Shown here: in pieces, positions 1-7,732 of the stretch | Layout of the letters: every line of letters starts with the position of its first letter | Numbering within the stretch: position 1 is the stretch's first letter | NCBI GenBank assembly: GCA_963666345.1 | Contig: OY762721.1 | Coordinates: forward strand, 2,656,001 to 2,720,000 | Direction of reading: 5' to 3' | From: Desulfatiglandales bacterium | GTDB taxonomy: Bacteria > Desulfobacterota > DSM-4660 > Desulfatiglandales > Desulfatiglandaceae | DNA: 64,000 nucleotides | Position numbers and translations under genes: made by a program | Notes under the pieces: model-generated | Told to the model about the DNA's origin: nothing | Databases searched by the model: none | What the model saw: the letters and a program-made list of their open reading frames with translations, nothing else

Positions 1-121
1 TGTCCGCCTGAATCAAAGGGTAATTTATAGAGTCGGCCTCATTGTAGGATGGTATGCAAACCACCATTTCAGCCCTTTTTATCTTTTCAGGGTTTTTTTC
101 CGCCTTGAACTCCTCAGCCAT
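1..121 (-). CDS. GT2 glycosyltransferase, N-terminal part only (glucosylglycerate/mannosylglycerate synthase-like); runs off the window edge
   Basis: Not in the ORF track. Manual translation from ATG at 121 (GGGGGG upstream, overlapping the stop of the preceding gene) gives MAEEFKAEKNPEKIKRAEMVVCIPSYNEADSINYPLIQAD with the GT2 motif IPSYNEA; third gene of the gpgS-phosphatase operon. Confidence 0.7.
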   Translation of the reverse strand, partial: MAEEFKAEKNPEKIKRAEMVVCIPSYNEADSINYPLIQAD

Positions 122-1037
122 TATTCCCCCCTTGATAATTTTTAAATATATCGAGAACGGCTGAATTCCAGGCCCCGGGACCGGTGCTTTCCGTGATACT
201 GAGCCGGGGAATTCGTCCTTTCAGCCATGAATAGTCTAAGGAAGATCTTATGAGGACAGGAAGATCGGCGGACTCCAGCATGCCGAAGTCATTCGGACTG
301 TCGCCCAGTGCTATTGAAACAACCTGTTCCTTCTTTTCCCTGTACCAGGCCGAAACGATTTTTAACGCCTCTGACTTGCCGTTTCTCCCCTGTAGATGAA
401 AAAATCTTCCTCCTCTGGTAACGATAAGCCGCCTTTTCCCGGCGGCCTGTTCGATTTCCTCCAATTTATGTTCCCCTTTACCGATAATCATGAAAGGTTC
501 ATCGAATTCTCTTTCGGCGGCCCTTTCAGCCTCCATCCTTTTAAGTCCGGTAAGGCGGCGGATTTCGCCCGTAGTCATATCTGAAAAGCCCCTTAAGCCG
601 ATCCCCGCTTCAGCGCCTATCTCCTTCAAAGCCTCGGATAAACGGGAATAGGGGAATCCCAGACTTAATTTCCACAGCCCTTTATCGAAAAAGGCCCCGT
701 CAGGATGACCGTAGGAATCGAGAGGGCTGAAAAAAATACCGCCGCCGTTTTCAGAGACAAATGGTGATGAGATGGCCATCTGTTTTACAATGACCTCGAT
801 CTCCGCCCTTGTCTTGCTTGAAACAGGCACAATCGGAAACTTTCTCCTTTTGCACTCCTCTATGGCAGGCAGGGCCGGCTTCCACTCGTAGGTTTCATGA
901 TCCAGAAGCGTGCCGTCCAAATCAGTGAAGATTATGAAAAAAGGGCCTTCCGGCGCCCCTGTGCATGTAACCCCCTTTTCGATTCGGTCGTCTTTCGAAT
1001 CAGGAAAATCTTTTCTTTTCACTTTCCACCACTTCAA
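114..1037 (-). CDS. HAD-IIB phosphatase, mannosyl/glucosyl-3-phosphoglycerate phosphatase family (start uncertain, see findings)
   Basis: Motifs FTDLDGTLL, SSKTRAE, ENGG, GGRF, ALGDSPND; directly downstream of a GpgS-like gene. Confidence 0.88.
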   Translation of the reverse strand: MKWWKVKRKDFPDSKDDRIEKGVTCTGAPEGPFFIIFTDLDGTLLDHETYEWKPALPAIEECKRRKFPIVPVSSKTRAEIEVIVKQMAISSPFVSENGGGIFFSPLDSYGHPDGAFFDKGLWKLSLGFPYSRLSEALKEIGAEAGIGLRGFSDMTTGEIRRLTGLKRMEAERAAEREFDEPFMIIGKGEHKLEEIEQAAGKRRLIVTRGGRFFHLQGRNGKSEALKIVSAWYREKKEQVVSIALGDSPNDFGMLESADLPVLIRSSLDYSWLKGRIPRLSITESTGPGAWNSAVLDIFKNYQGGNNG

Positions 1038-2364
1038 TTAGATCATAGAAGATTTGAGGAAGCTTATTGGATACTCTCTCCCATGAAACGGTCTGAGGCA
1101 TCTCGAAGGCCTTTTTTTCCTGCTTTTTTTCAACGGCAAGGATCGCATCTGAAAGACCGTTTGCGATATACGGCTTGAATTCCTGATAGGAGTTCACCAA
1201 CCTCAGAAATTTTTCCGTGATCCTGTATGGCGAAGTAAGCATGTCGCCGGCCGCTAGTATGGAGTGCCGGAAAACCTCTTTTACCAGGTATTCCTCGGTG
1301 TCCCTGTCATAGTTCAGATAATTAAAACTTGAGTCATCAGAATATCTCTTGACCTGTTCCTCGGCAACGGCCTGATAGGTGATTGCGAGGTCCCTGAAAA
1401 ATGTGTCTGTAATCTCAAGACCCTCTTCGATGATCAGGGCGTTCATGAGCGTTGTTACGATGTCCACGGCCATTCGATTAAGACCCTCGCTGCGTTCCTC
1501 GGGAGAAGGGTCCTGATGTTTGTGATCGAAAGCCTTTTCCGTAAACATGACCTGCGCCCTTGATGAAGATTTCCTGTAGACCTCTATCAGGGTGAATATT
1601 TCCACACCCCAGTTGGTGGCGAACCGCATCTTTTTCAGGAGATCGACATTAAAGGCGACCTCACCTGAAAGCTGGTATTTAAAATCGAGCAGAAACTCAA
1701 TCAGGTCCAGCATCTTTTCGTCCCTGCTCTCTTTGAATTTTCTCTTGAGCGCGATAAGAAGCGGGTCCAGAAGAAGCCTCTTTACCCTTCCATAAATATT
1801 TCGGTCTTTTATCCTTGCATAATAGGCCTTTGAAAAGTCGTAGTTATGAACCAGCACCGGGTAAAGGAGTCTGTCCAGCTGCACCTGTCTGAAATTGCGT
1901 ATATCGGCATCAATAAGACCGACCACCTTGGCCCCGAGCGCAATCGCGATTCCAAAGCTGAGGAACATGTTTTTTCCCTTGCCCGGCTCGCTTATATTGA
2001 ATCCGGCGTCGTTCAATTGATCGTATATGCTTTTGAATCCGGGTCCGTCGTTCCACTGGATCAGGTAATTGCGGAGTCCTGCTTCTTCTATCAGGTCCTT
2101 GAGCATGAAGGCCTGTTTTTCGCTTGCCCTGTCAAGACCGAAAATTATTTTGGAAAGGTAAGCGGCCCCCTTTAACTGCTTCAGGATATTCGTAAATGTG
2201 GGAAAATTAGCGGGATCCGCATACTCGCTGGCCAGGGTCGGCAATATAAGGACTGTTTTTTGCCATTTAGAGTGCAGCCTGATCTGTGCCCGAAGGTTTT
2301 TTCTGTCCTGCCTCAAAATATGAAAAGTGGAAATTTTACTGGAGTTTTGGGAAAAATCAGAGAT
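1000..2364 (-). CDS. gpgS: Glucosyl-3-phosphoglycerate synthase-like glycosyltransferase, apparent ATC start
   Basis: PGKGKN, DADI, GRVKRLL, YQLSGE, WGVEI and DHKHQ motifs. The frame extends 16 codons upstream of the track start to an ATC at 2364, with AAGGAGG 6 nt upstream, giving (M)SDFSQN..ISTFH. Confidence 0.75.
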   Translation of the reverse strand: MSDFSQNSSKISTFHILRQDRKNLRAQIRLHSKWQKTVLILPTLASEYADPANFPTFTNILKQLKGAAYLSKIIFGLDRASEKQAFMLKDLIEEAGLRNYLIQWNDGPGFKSIYDQLNDAGFNISEPGKGKNMFLSFGIAIALGAKVVGLIDADIRNFRQVQLDRLLYPVLVHNYDFSKAYYARIKDRNIYGRVKRLLLDPLLIALKRKFKESRDEKMLDLIEFLLDFKYQLSGEVAFNVDLLKKMRFATNWGVEIFTLIEVYRKSSSRAQVMFTEKAFDHKHQDPSPEERSEGLNRMAVDIVTTLMNALIIEEGLEITDTFFRDLAITYQAVAEEQVKRYSDDSSFNYLNYDRDTEEYLVKEVFRHSILAAGDMLTSPYRITEKFLRLVNSYQEFKPYIANGLSDAILAVEKKQEKKAFEMPQTVSWERVSNKLPQIFYDLIEVVESEKKRFS

Positions 2365-2492
2365 GTCGGACCTCCTTTTCGATTGCGGATTTTGTTAACC
2401 CGTCAAGCTTTACTACTGAAGAACACGGTTCCGCTTGAAATAGCGGCATAACTGCTTATAAGAAAGGATGAAGTCCCTTTAAAATTGGGGGC

Positions 2493-2531
2493 TTTGTGAA
2501 AAGTCCAGCTGTCCTGTGAACTTTTTACGAA
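2493..2531. repeat. Short imperfect inverted repeat (TTTGTGAAAAGT..ACTTTTTACGAA); a related half-site TTCGTAAAAAG lies at about 51656; possible MITE remnant
   Basis: Read directly from sequence; intergenic. Confidence 0.35.
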
Positions 2532-2738
2532 TGCATAAAAATTAAAAGGCGGCTTTATTTTTCAAAAAATCCTCAACCAAAATTAGCTAAAATCATATTT
2601 TTTGTCAACAACGATGGAGTCTGATTTGACTTGAAAGGGCGATGCCCAGCTGTTAATTAATATATTCCGGTTTCGATCTTCTGATAAGAAAAGATCTTGG
2701 TTACAACTTATTCCACTGACTCAATATAGGACGATGAA

Positions 2739-3302
2739 ATGATTCCTTCGGTTGATAACTGTTTTCAACTTATGAGTGTATACGGCATGCTGGATAATAT
2801 AAAGGGCCATTCGGTTACGGTTGCAAAGGTGGCGCGGATCATATCGAGAAAGCTGATAGAATCCGGATTCGCCGTCTCTTTTGAAAAGGTGACCGCCGGG
2901 GCGCTTATGCATGATATAGGAAAGACAGCCTCCCTCAAGTCGGGCGGGGATCATTCTGAAATAGGCAGAAGGATATGCCTCGAAAACAACCTGGATGAGA
3001 TAGCTGAAATCGTAGGCGAGCATGTGATTCTGAAAAACTACAACGGCAGCGATGATTTTTCTGAAAAACTGATCGTATATTATTCAGACAAGCGGGTAAA
3101 TCATGACAAGATTGTTAACCTGGATCAGCGGTTGAAGTACATCCTCGGGCGTTACGGAAGAAATGATGAAAGGATATGCCGGGCAATAACAGATAATTTT
3201 GCAAAATGCAGGAAGATTGAAAAAAGGATCTTCAGCCGGCTCCCTTTCGGCCCGGAGGAAGTTTCCCTGCTGGCTGATGCCGAGCTTTTGGAAGACGAAT
3301 GA
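2739..3302 (+). CDS. HD-domain (HDIG) metal-dependent phosphohydrolase
   Basis: HS..VA, ALMHDIGK, DH..G and YSDKR motifs. Confidence 0.85.
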   Translation: MIPSVDNCFQLMSVYGMLDNIKGHSVTVAKVARIISRKLIESGFAVSFEKVTAGALMHDIGKTASLKSGGDHSEIGRRICLENNLDEIAEIVGEHVILKNYNGSDDFSEKLIVYYSDKRVNHDKIVNLDQRLKYILGRYGRNDERICRAITDNFAKCRKIEKRIFSRLPFGPEEVSLLADAELLEDE

Positions 3303-3389
3303 ACCGGAGGAGGCATCTTGCTCGTTTTGTCACGCACCGGCTGAAAGCACAAACGCCATAAATTGTGCATTAACGATTAGGAATAGAAA

Positions 3390-5162
3390 TTGACCGTCTA
3401 CAGATCCTTGAAAAAGAATATATATATCTTTTTGTTCCTTCTGTTTCCGCTTTTCTGTCCTGCCGCATCTTCTTTTGCGGCTACGGCCGAAGTCGAGGTC
3501 CTTCAGTCACTTGACAGATATCCTGCAGGCGGATCATACCCCATAACAATCCGTATAAGGATTTCAGACAGCTGGTTTCTTCACGGAACCGGGGAAGGCG
3601 GGGAACTTATCCCAACCAGGCTTGCTTTCGAGGAGAAAGGATCTGCCAGGGTTGATAACCTGAGATTCCCGCCTCCTTTGAAGAAAAAGTTCGACTACAC
3701 CGAGGATCAGGTCGCGGTCTTTAAGGGTGAAATTTCCGTGAAGGCCGACCTCCTTATCGCCGGTGATGCAGCGGAGGGGGAAAATATCCTGACCGGGACT
3801 CTGTCATACCAGGCCTGTTCCCTCAAAAGCTGCAGACCTCCTGAAGATGTGCCGGTGAAATTTTCCTGCAAGGTAGCCCCGCGTGTGGCTGAAGCAATAC
3901 CTGTAAAGAGCAAAAAATTTGATGCCTTCTCAGGTGACGCACGTGCGGGCGGATCGTGGAATCCGGGAGCAGGTCTTTTGCTAACGCTGCTTGGCCTGCT
4001 TTTGGGCGGCATGGCCCTGAATCTTACGCCCTGCATATATCCTCTCATTCCGATAACCGTTTCCTATTTCGGGGGAAGAGGCGCTACCGGTACAAGGACG
4101 CAGACTGCACTCCACGCCCTTTTTTATATGCTCGGTCTTGCCTTTACCAATTCCCTTCTGGGCGCCTTTGCAGGCCTTACCGGGGGCATGCTGGGTTCCG
4201 TGCTTCAAAGTCCTCTCATACTTATAATCGTGGCATTGATTATCCTTTGTCTTGCCGCAAGCTTTTTCGGGCTCTGGGAGATAAGGCTTCCCCTGGGATT
4301 AACAAAAGCGGCATCCAGAGGGTTTGCCGGATTTTTCGGGGCCTTTTTCATGGGCCTTACCCTGGGGTTGGTGGCGGCCCCATGTCTGGGGCCGTTTGTC
4401 CTGGGACTCCTGACGTGGGTTGCCCAGAAGGGCGACCCGTTTACAGGCTTTCTCTATTTCTTTATCCTGAGCATCGGAATGGGGATACCCCTTTCACTGC
4501 TGGCAATATTTTCGGGCGGCATCAGCAAGCTTCCCGTCTCAGGTGACTGGATGGTATGGATCAAAAAGGCCCTTGGCTGGGTGCTGGTCCTAATGGCGGG
4601 CTATATGCTCGGCCCGCTTTTCCCCGGACCGTTTGCGAACGCACTGCTTATGTCTGTGATTCTACTTGGGGCAGGTCTTCATCTGGGGTGGGTGGAAAAG
4701 GCGGCGGCAGAAAAAAGGGGCTTCCTGTTGATAAGAAAGGTCACGGGCATTGCGCTGATAACCGCGGCGGTCCTTTTTACGGGCATCTCCGTTCATGATA
4801 AGGAGGGGGTAGCCTGGCTGAGTTACAAGGGGAGCCTTCTGACGGAGGCACTAAATGAAAACAGACCTGTGATGCTTGATTTTTATGCGGACTGGTGCAG
4901 CCCCTGCAAGGCAATGGAAAAGGATGCATTCAGGGATCAAGAGGTCGTATCTCTCAGTAAAAAATTTGTCACGCTGAGGGTCGATCTAACCAGGGCGCGG
5001 CCCTATCAGAAGGAGCTTATCGATAAATATCGAGTAAGGGGAGTGCCGACCGTTATCTTTCTTGATGGGGGTGGAAAGGAAATAAGAAGCCTCAGAATAG
5101 AGGCCCATGCCGACAAAAATGAAATAAAGACGCGAATGAAACAGGTTATTGAGAAGGATTGA
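3390..5162 (+). CDS. dsbD: Thiol:disulfide interchange protein DsbD-like (N-terminal DsbD domain, TM domain, thioredoxin)
   Basis: Signal peptide; YQACSLKSC, LTPCIYP and AAPC in the TM domain; C-terminal DFYADWCSPC. Confidence 0.88.
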   Translation: MTVYRSLKKNIYIFLFLLFPLFCPAASSFAATAEVEVLQSLDRYPAGGSYPITIRIRISDSWFLHGTGEGGELIPTRLAFEEKGSARVDNLRFPPPLKKKFDYTEDQVAVFKGEISVKADLLIAGDAAEGENILTGTLSYQACSLKSCRPPEDVPVKFSCKVAPRVAEAIPVKSKKFDAFSGDARAGGSWNPGAGLLLTLLGLLLGGMALNLTPCIYPLIPITVSYFGGRGATGTRTQTALHALFYMLGLAFTNSLLGAFAGLTGGMLGSVLQSPLILIIVALIILCLAASFFGLWEIRLPLGLTKAASRGFAGFFGAFFMGLTLGLVAAPCLGPFVLGLLTWVAQKGDPFTGFLYFFILSIGMGIPLSLLAIFSGGISKLPVSGDWMVWIKKALGWVLVLMAGYMLGPLFPGPFANALLMSVILLGAGLHLGWVEKAAAEKRGFLLIRKVTGIALITAAVLFTGISVHDKEGVAWLSYKGSLLTEALNENRPVMLDFYADWCSPCKAMEKDAFRDQEVVSLSKKFVTLRVDLTRARPYQKELIDKYRVRGVPTVIFLDGGGKEIRSLRIEAHADKNEIKTRMKQVIEKD

Positions 5163-5221
5163 TTCGAAGACGATCCTCCTGGTTTAGGGCCGGGCAGGTA
5201 TTATCGGAAAGAAAAATCGCT

Positions 5222-6001
5222 TTATCCCCTGTAAAAGGAGGAAATGAAACCTTTTATTCGGTCGTTGAATTCCCCGTATGCCTCAATCATTACCATATGA
5301 CCCGCACCGGTTATTATACTCAGATCGCTTCCGATTATCTTTTCCCGGAGGCTCCTGGACAGTTTTAAAGGAGTCAACCTGTCCTGTTCACCGCAGACAA
5401 TAAGACACGGGCATTGAATTTTTTCGATTCTATCCCCTATGTCAAACCGGTCGCAGGCGTAAAAGTCCTTGAACACCCTTTTTGAGCCGGCATGCCTCAT
5501 TATTTCTGATCCCTGTTTCAGGATCTTACCATCCGTGCCGGGGGCGTAGGCATATCTTATAACAGAGTCTACTGTCTCCTCGAATCTATCCATGAGCCCT
5601 TCAAGAAAATCAGGGGAAACAGTAAGCCGTGGCCCCGTGCCCACCAGTATGATACCTGCCGCTATGTCGGGATAGTCAACTGCCATTTCCTGAACTATGG
5701 CCCCTCCCATGGAATGACCCATGACGAAGGGGCGCGGCCCCTCTAAATCATTGATGATTTCCGCAAGCCAGACCGCGTAATCCTTTATGCTTTCAAGCCC
5801 TATGTCGGGAGATTCCCCGTGGCCGGGAAGATCAAGAGCCAGGGTGTTGAAAAAGGCGTTGAGCAGGAATATTTGCGGCTGCCATATTCGGCTCATACCC
5901 CCGGCCCCGTGAATCATTATGAGGGTCGGGTGTCCCGGGTCGAACGGTCTGCTCCCCTTTCTGAATCCCACCCTCAGCTCGGTAAGTTTTTGAGCTGTCA
6001 T
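5222..6001 (-). CDS. Alpha/beta hydrolase (PcaD/MenH-like)
   Basis: IHGAGG, DLPGHG, GHSMGG nucleophile elbow, GEQD, AGH. Start placed at ATG 6001 because the longer track start lies in a repeat element. Confidence 0.85.
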   Translation of the reverse strand: MTAQKLTELRVGFRKGSRPFDPGHPTLIMIHGAGGMSRIWQPQIFLLNAFFNTLALDLPGHGESPDIGLESIKDYAVWLAEIINDLEGPRPFVMGHSMGGAIVQEMAVDYPDIAAGIILVGTGPRLTVSPDFLEGLMDRFEETVDSVIRYAYAPGTDGKILKQGSEIMRHAGSKRVFKDFYACDRFDIGDRIEKIQCPCLIVCGEQDRLTPLKLSRSLREKIIGSDLSIITGAGHMVMIEAYGEFNDRIKGFISSFYRG

Positions 6002-6104
6002 TGTGCAAACAATTCCTTCTGACTCATCATATGAGAACCGATCTCGCTGATATTTCAGGTGATGATGCGGAAGAGTGGCCAAGGAGTCAAGGATTCAAGG
6101 ATTC

Positions 6105-6224
6105 TTTGCTTCGCTTACGCTTCGCGCAGTCCCACCCTTCGGCCAGCTCAGGGCGGGTTCCCGGTTTCTTTGCTCCGCTTACGCTTCGCTCAGTCCCACT
6201 GCTTCGCAGCGGGTTCCCGGTTTC
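6105..6224. repeat. Two tandem copies of a 56-64 bp GCTTCGC-rich hairpin (REP-like) unit
   Basis: Unit TTTGCT(T/C)CGCTTACGCTTCGC(G/T)CAGTCCCAC...GCGGGTTCCCGGTTTC at 6105-6168 and 6169-6224; third copy at 54067-54122. Confidence 0.85.
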
Positions 6225-6584
6225 AAGGGCTTTCTTTCCAGGGATTTGATCATCGCTTTGGACATTGCCCCGACATCCCTTATTTCCCTTCTTAATCTCT
6301 GAAGCTTACTTCTTTCAAATAACCCAGGTCAGCTGATGTCATGTCCCGGGTTTCCAATTCACAGGCTGAACCATATGCAATAAAGAAAAATTGCATATAC
6401 TCTATAGCCGTTTTTTCCCATACCCTCAGGCGGTATCCCTTGACATGAAAACAGCGGATCTTCTGATTCGGGAGGTAAAACAGTATTGCTCATCTTTAAA
6501 AAAACGTTTCGTTTCTTTATACATATGCAAACAAGGTGTATACGATTTTCCCCTAACGTTTAACTGCCTATGATCTTTAAGCTT
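6223..6584 (-). pseudogene. Four-helix-bundle protein (23S rRNA-IVP/Avd-like family) pseudogene
   Basis: KDEQYCFTSRIRRSAV and IAYGSACELET remnants; ATG mutated to AAG, internal TGA and frameshifts. Confidence 0.8.
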
Positions 6585-6739
6585 TTCACTCGAACCCGCG
6601 GCCCCTTGACCCCTCCAATCCTTCATTTAGACCAACTCTTTTGGAGATGATCTAAGTTTGTTTAAGAAGGCGGAGCGTAAGGCATTATTCATTGATTTGA
6701 TTATATATCTCAAGATAGCGGGACCTGGGGTATATAGGG

Positions 6740-7729
6740 CTACCATTTTATAAGCGCGCTTCCCCAGGTCAGGCCTCCTCCGAATACAGGCAGGCAGACG
6801 AGGTTGCCTTTTTGGATAGAGCCGTCCCTCACCGCCTCGTCAAATGCGATGGCGCATGACGCCGATGATATGTTGCCGTATTTATGAACGGTCAGGTAGA
6901 ATCGTTCAAAGGGGATTTTCATGCTTTTGGACATTGACTGAAACATCCTCAGGTTTGCCTGATGGGGTATGAACCAGTCGATGTCCTCCAAGTCTATTCC
7001 GTTGTGGTTCGCCGCCTCTTTTGCCGAATCGATGAAGTGCCTTACAGCCACCCGGAAACTGGCATTGGCCTCTATCATGTTAAGGCTGTGAAGTCCCTTA
7101 TCGACACTTTCGTGGCTTATGGGAGTTGTCTTTGAACCCCCTCCCGGCATAAGAAGGTCCCGGCCGTTTTCCCCGTCCGTGTGTATGTGGGTGGAAAGGA
7201 TCTCAGGGCCGTCAAAACCGTTTGTCAGTATCGCGGCCCCTGCCCCGTCGCCCCAGAGGATGCAGGTGCTTCTGTCCTTCCAGTTGAGAGTGCGGGTCAT
7301 TATTTCAGAGGCTACCACCAGGACCGTCCTTGCGGCACCTGTCTTAAGATACTGCTCGGCGATATTCAGGCCGAAAATGAATCCCGAGCAGGCCGCCGTG
7401 ACATCAAAGGTGACCGCCTTGGGTACGTCGAGCTTGGCCTGCAGCCAGTTGGCGGCCGAAGGGCAGCAAGTGTCGGGCGTTATCGTGGCAAATATGATAA
7501 GGTTGATATCATCCTTGCTTATGCCGGCCATTTCAAGTGCCCTTTTAGAGGCCTCTTCGGCAAGGTCCGCGGATGTCACATCAGGATCCGCGATCCTTCT
7601 TTCACTTACTCCTGTTCTCTGGACAATCCATTCATCGGTAGTATCAAGCCCCATTGCCTGAAGATCAAAATTCGTCAGCACCTTTGGGGGGACGTAAGAA
7701 CCGGTTCCGAGAATCCTGATTGAACCCAT
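6740..7729 (-). CDS. fabH: 3-oxoacyl-ACP synthase III
   Basis: AACSGF, GDGAGA, PHQAN, YGNISSAS and FGGGLTWG; complete Cys-His-Asn triad. Confidence 0.93.
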   Translation of the reverse strand: MGSIRILGTGSYVPPKVLTNFDLQAMGLDTTDEWIVQRTGVSERRIADPDVTSADLAEEASKRALEMAGISKDDINLIIFATITPDTCCPSAANWLQAKLDVPKAVTFDVTAACSGFIFGLNIAEQYLKTGAARTVLVVASEIMTRTLNWKDRSTCILWGDGAGAAILTNGFDGPEILSTHIHTDGENGRDLLMPGGGSKTTPISHESVDKGLHSLNMIEANASFRVAVRHFIDSAKEAANHNGIDLEDIDWFIPHQANLRMFQSMSKSMKIPFERFYLTVHKYGNISSASCAIAFDEAVRDGSIQKGNLVCLPVFGGGLTWGSALIKW

Positions 7730-7732
7730 ATG

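Larger units (their letters stand above)
6078..6653 (-). mobile_element. Degenerate non-autonomous element (family A) with octamer arms and a dead four-helix-bundle gene; one end truncated
   Basis: The minus strand begins AGATCATCTCCAAAAGAGTTGGTCTAAATGAAGGATT, nearly identical to 54029-54066; body is colinear with the 54 kb copy. Confidence 0.7.

Noticed and set aside
6426..6428. TGA in the four-helix gene as selenocysteine or readthrough
   Set aside because: The other copy has TAA at this codon, the position is not a Cys site, and both copies have further lesions.
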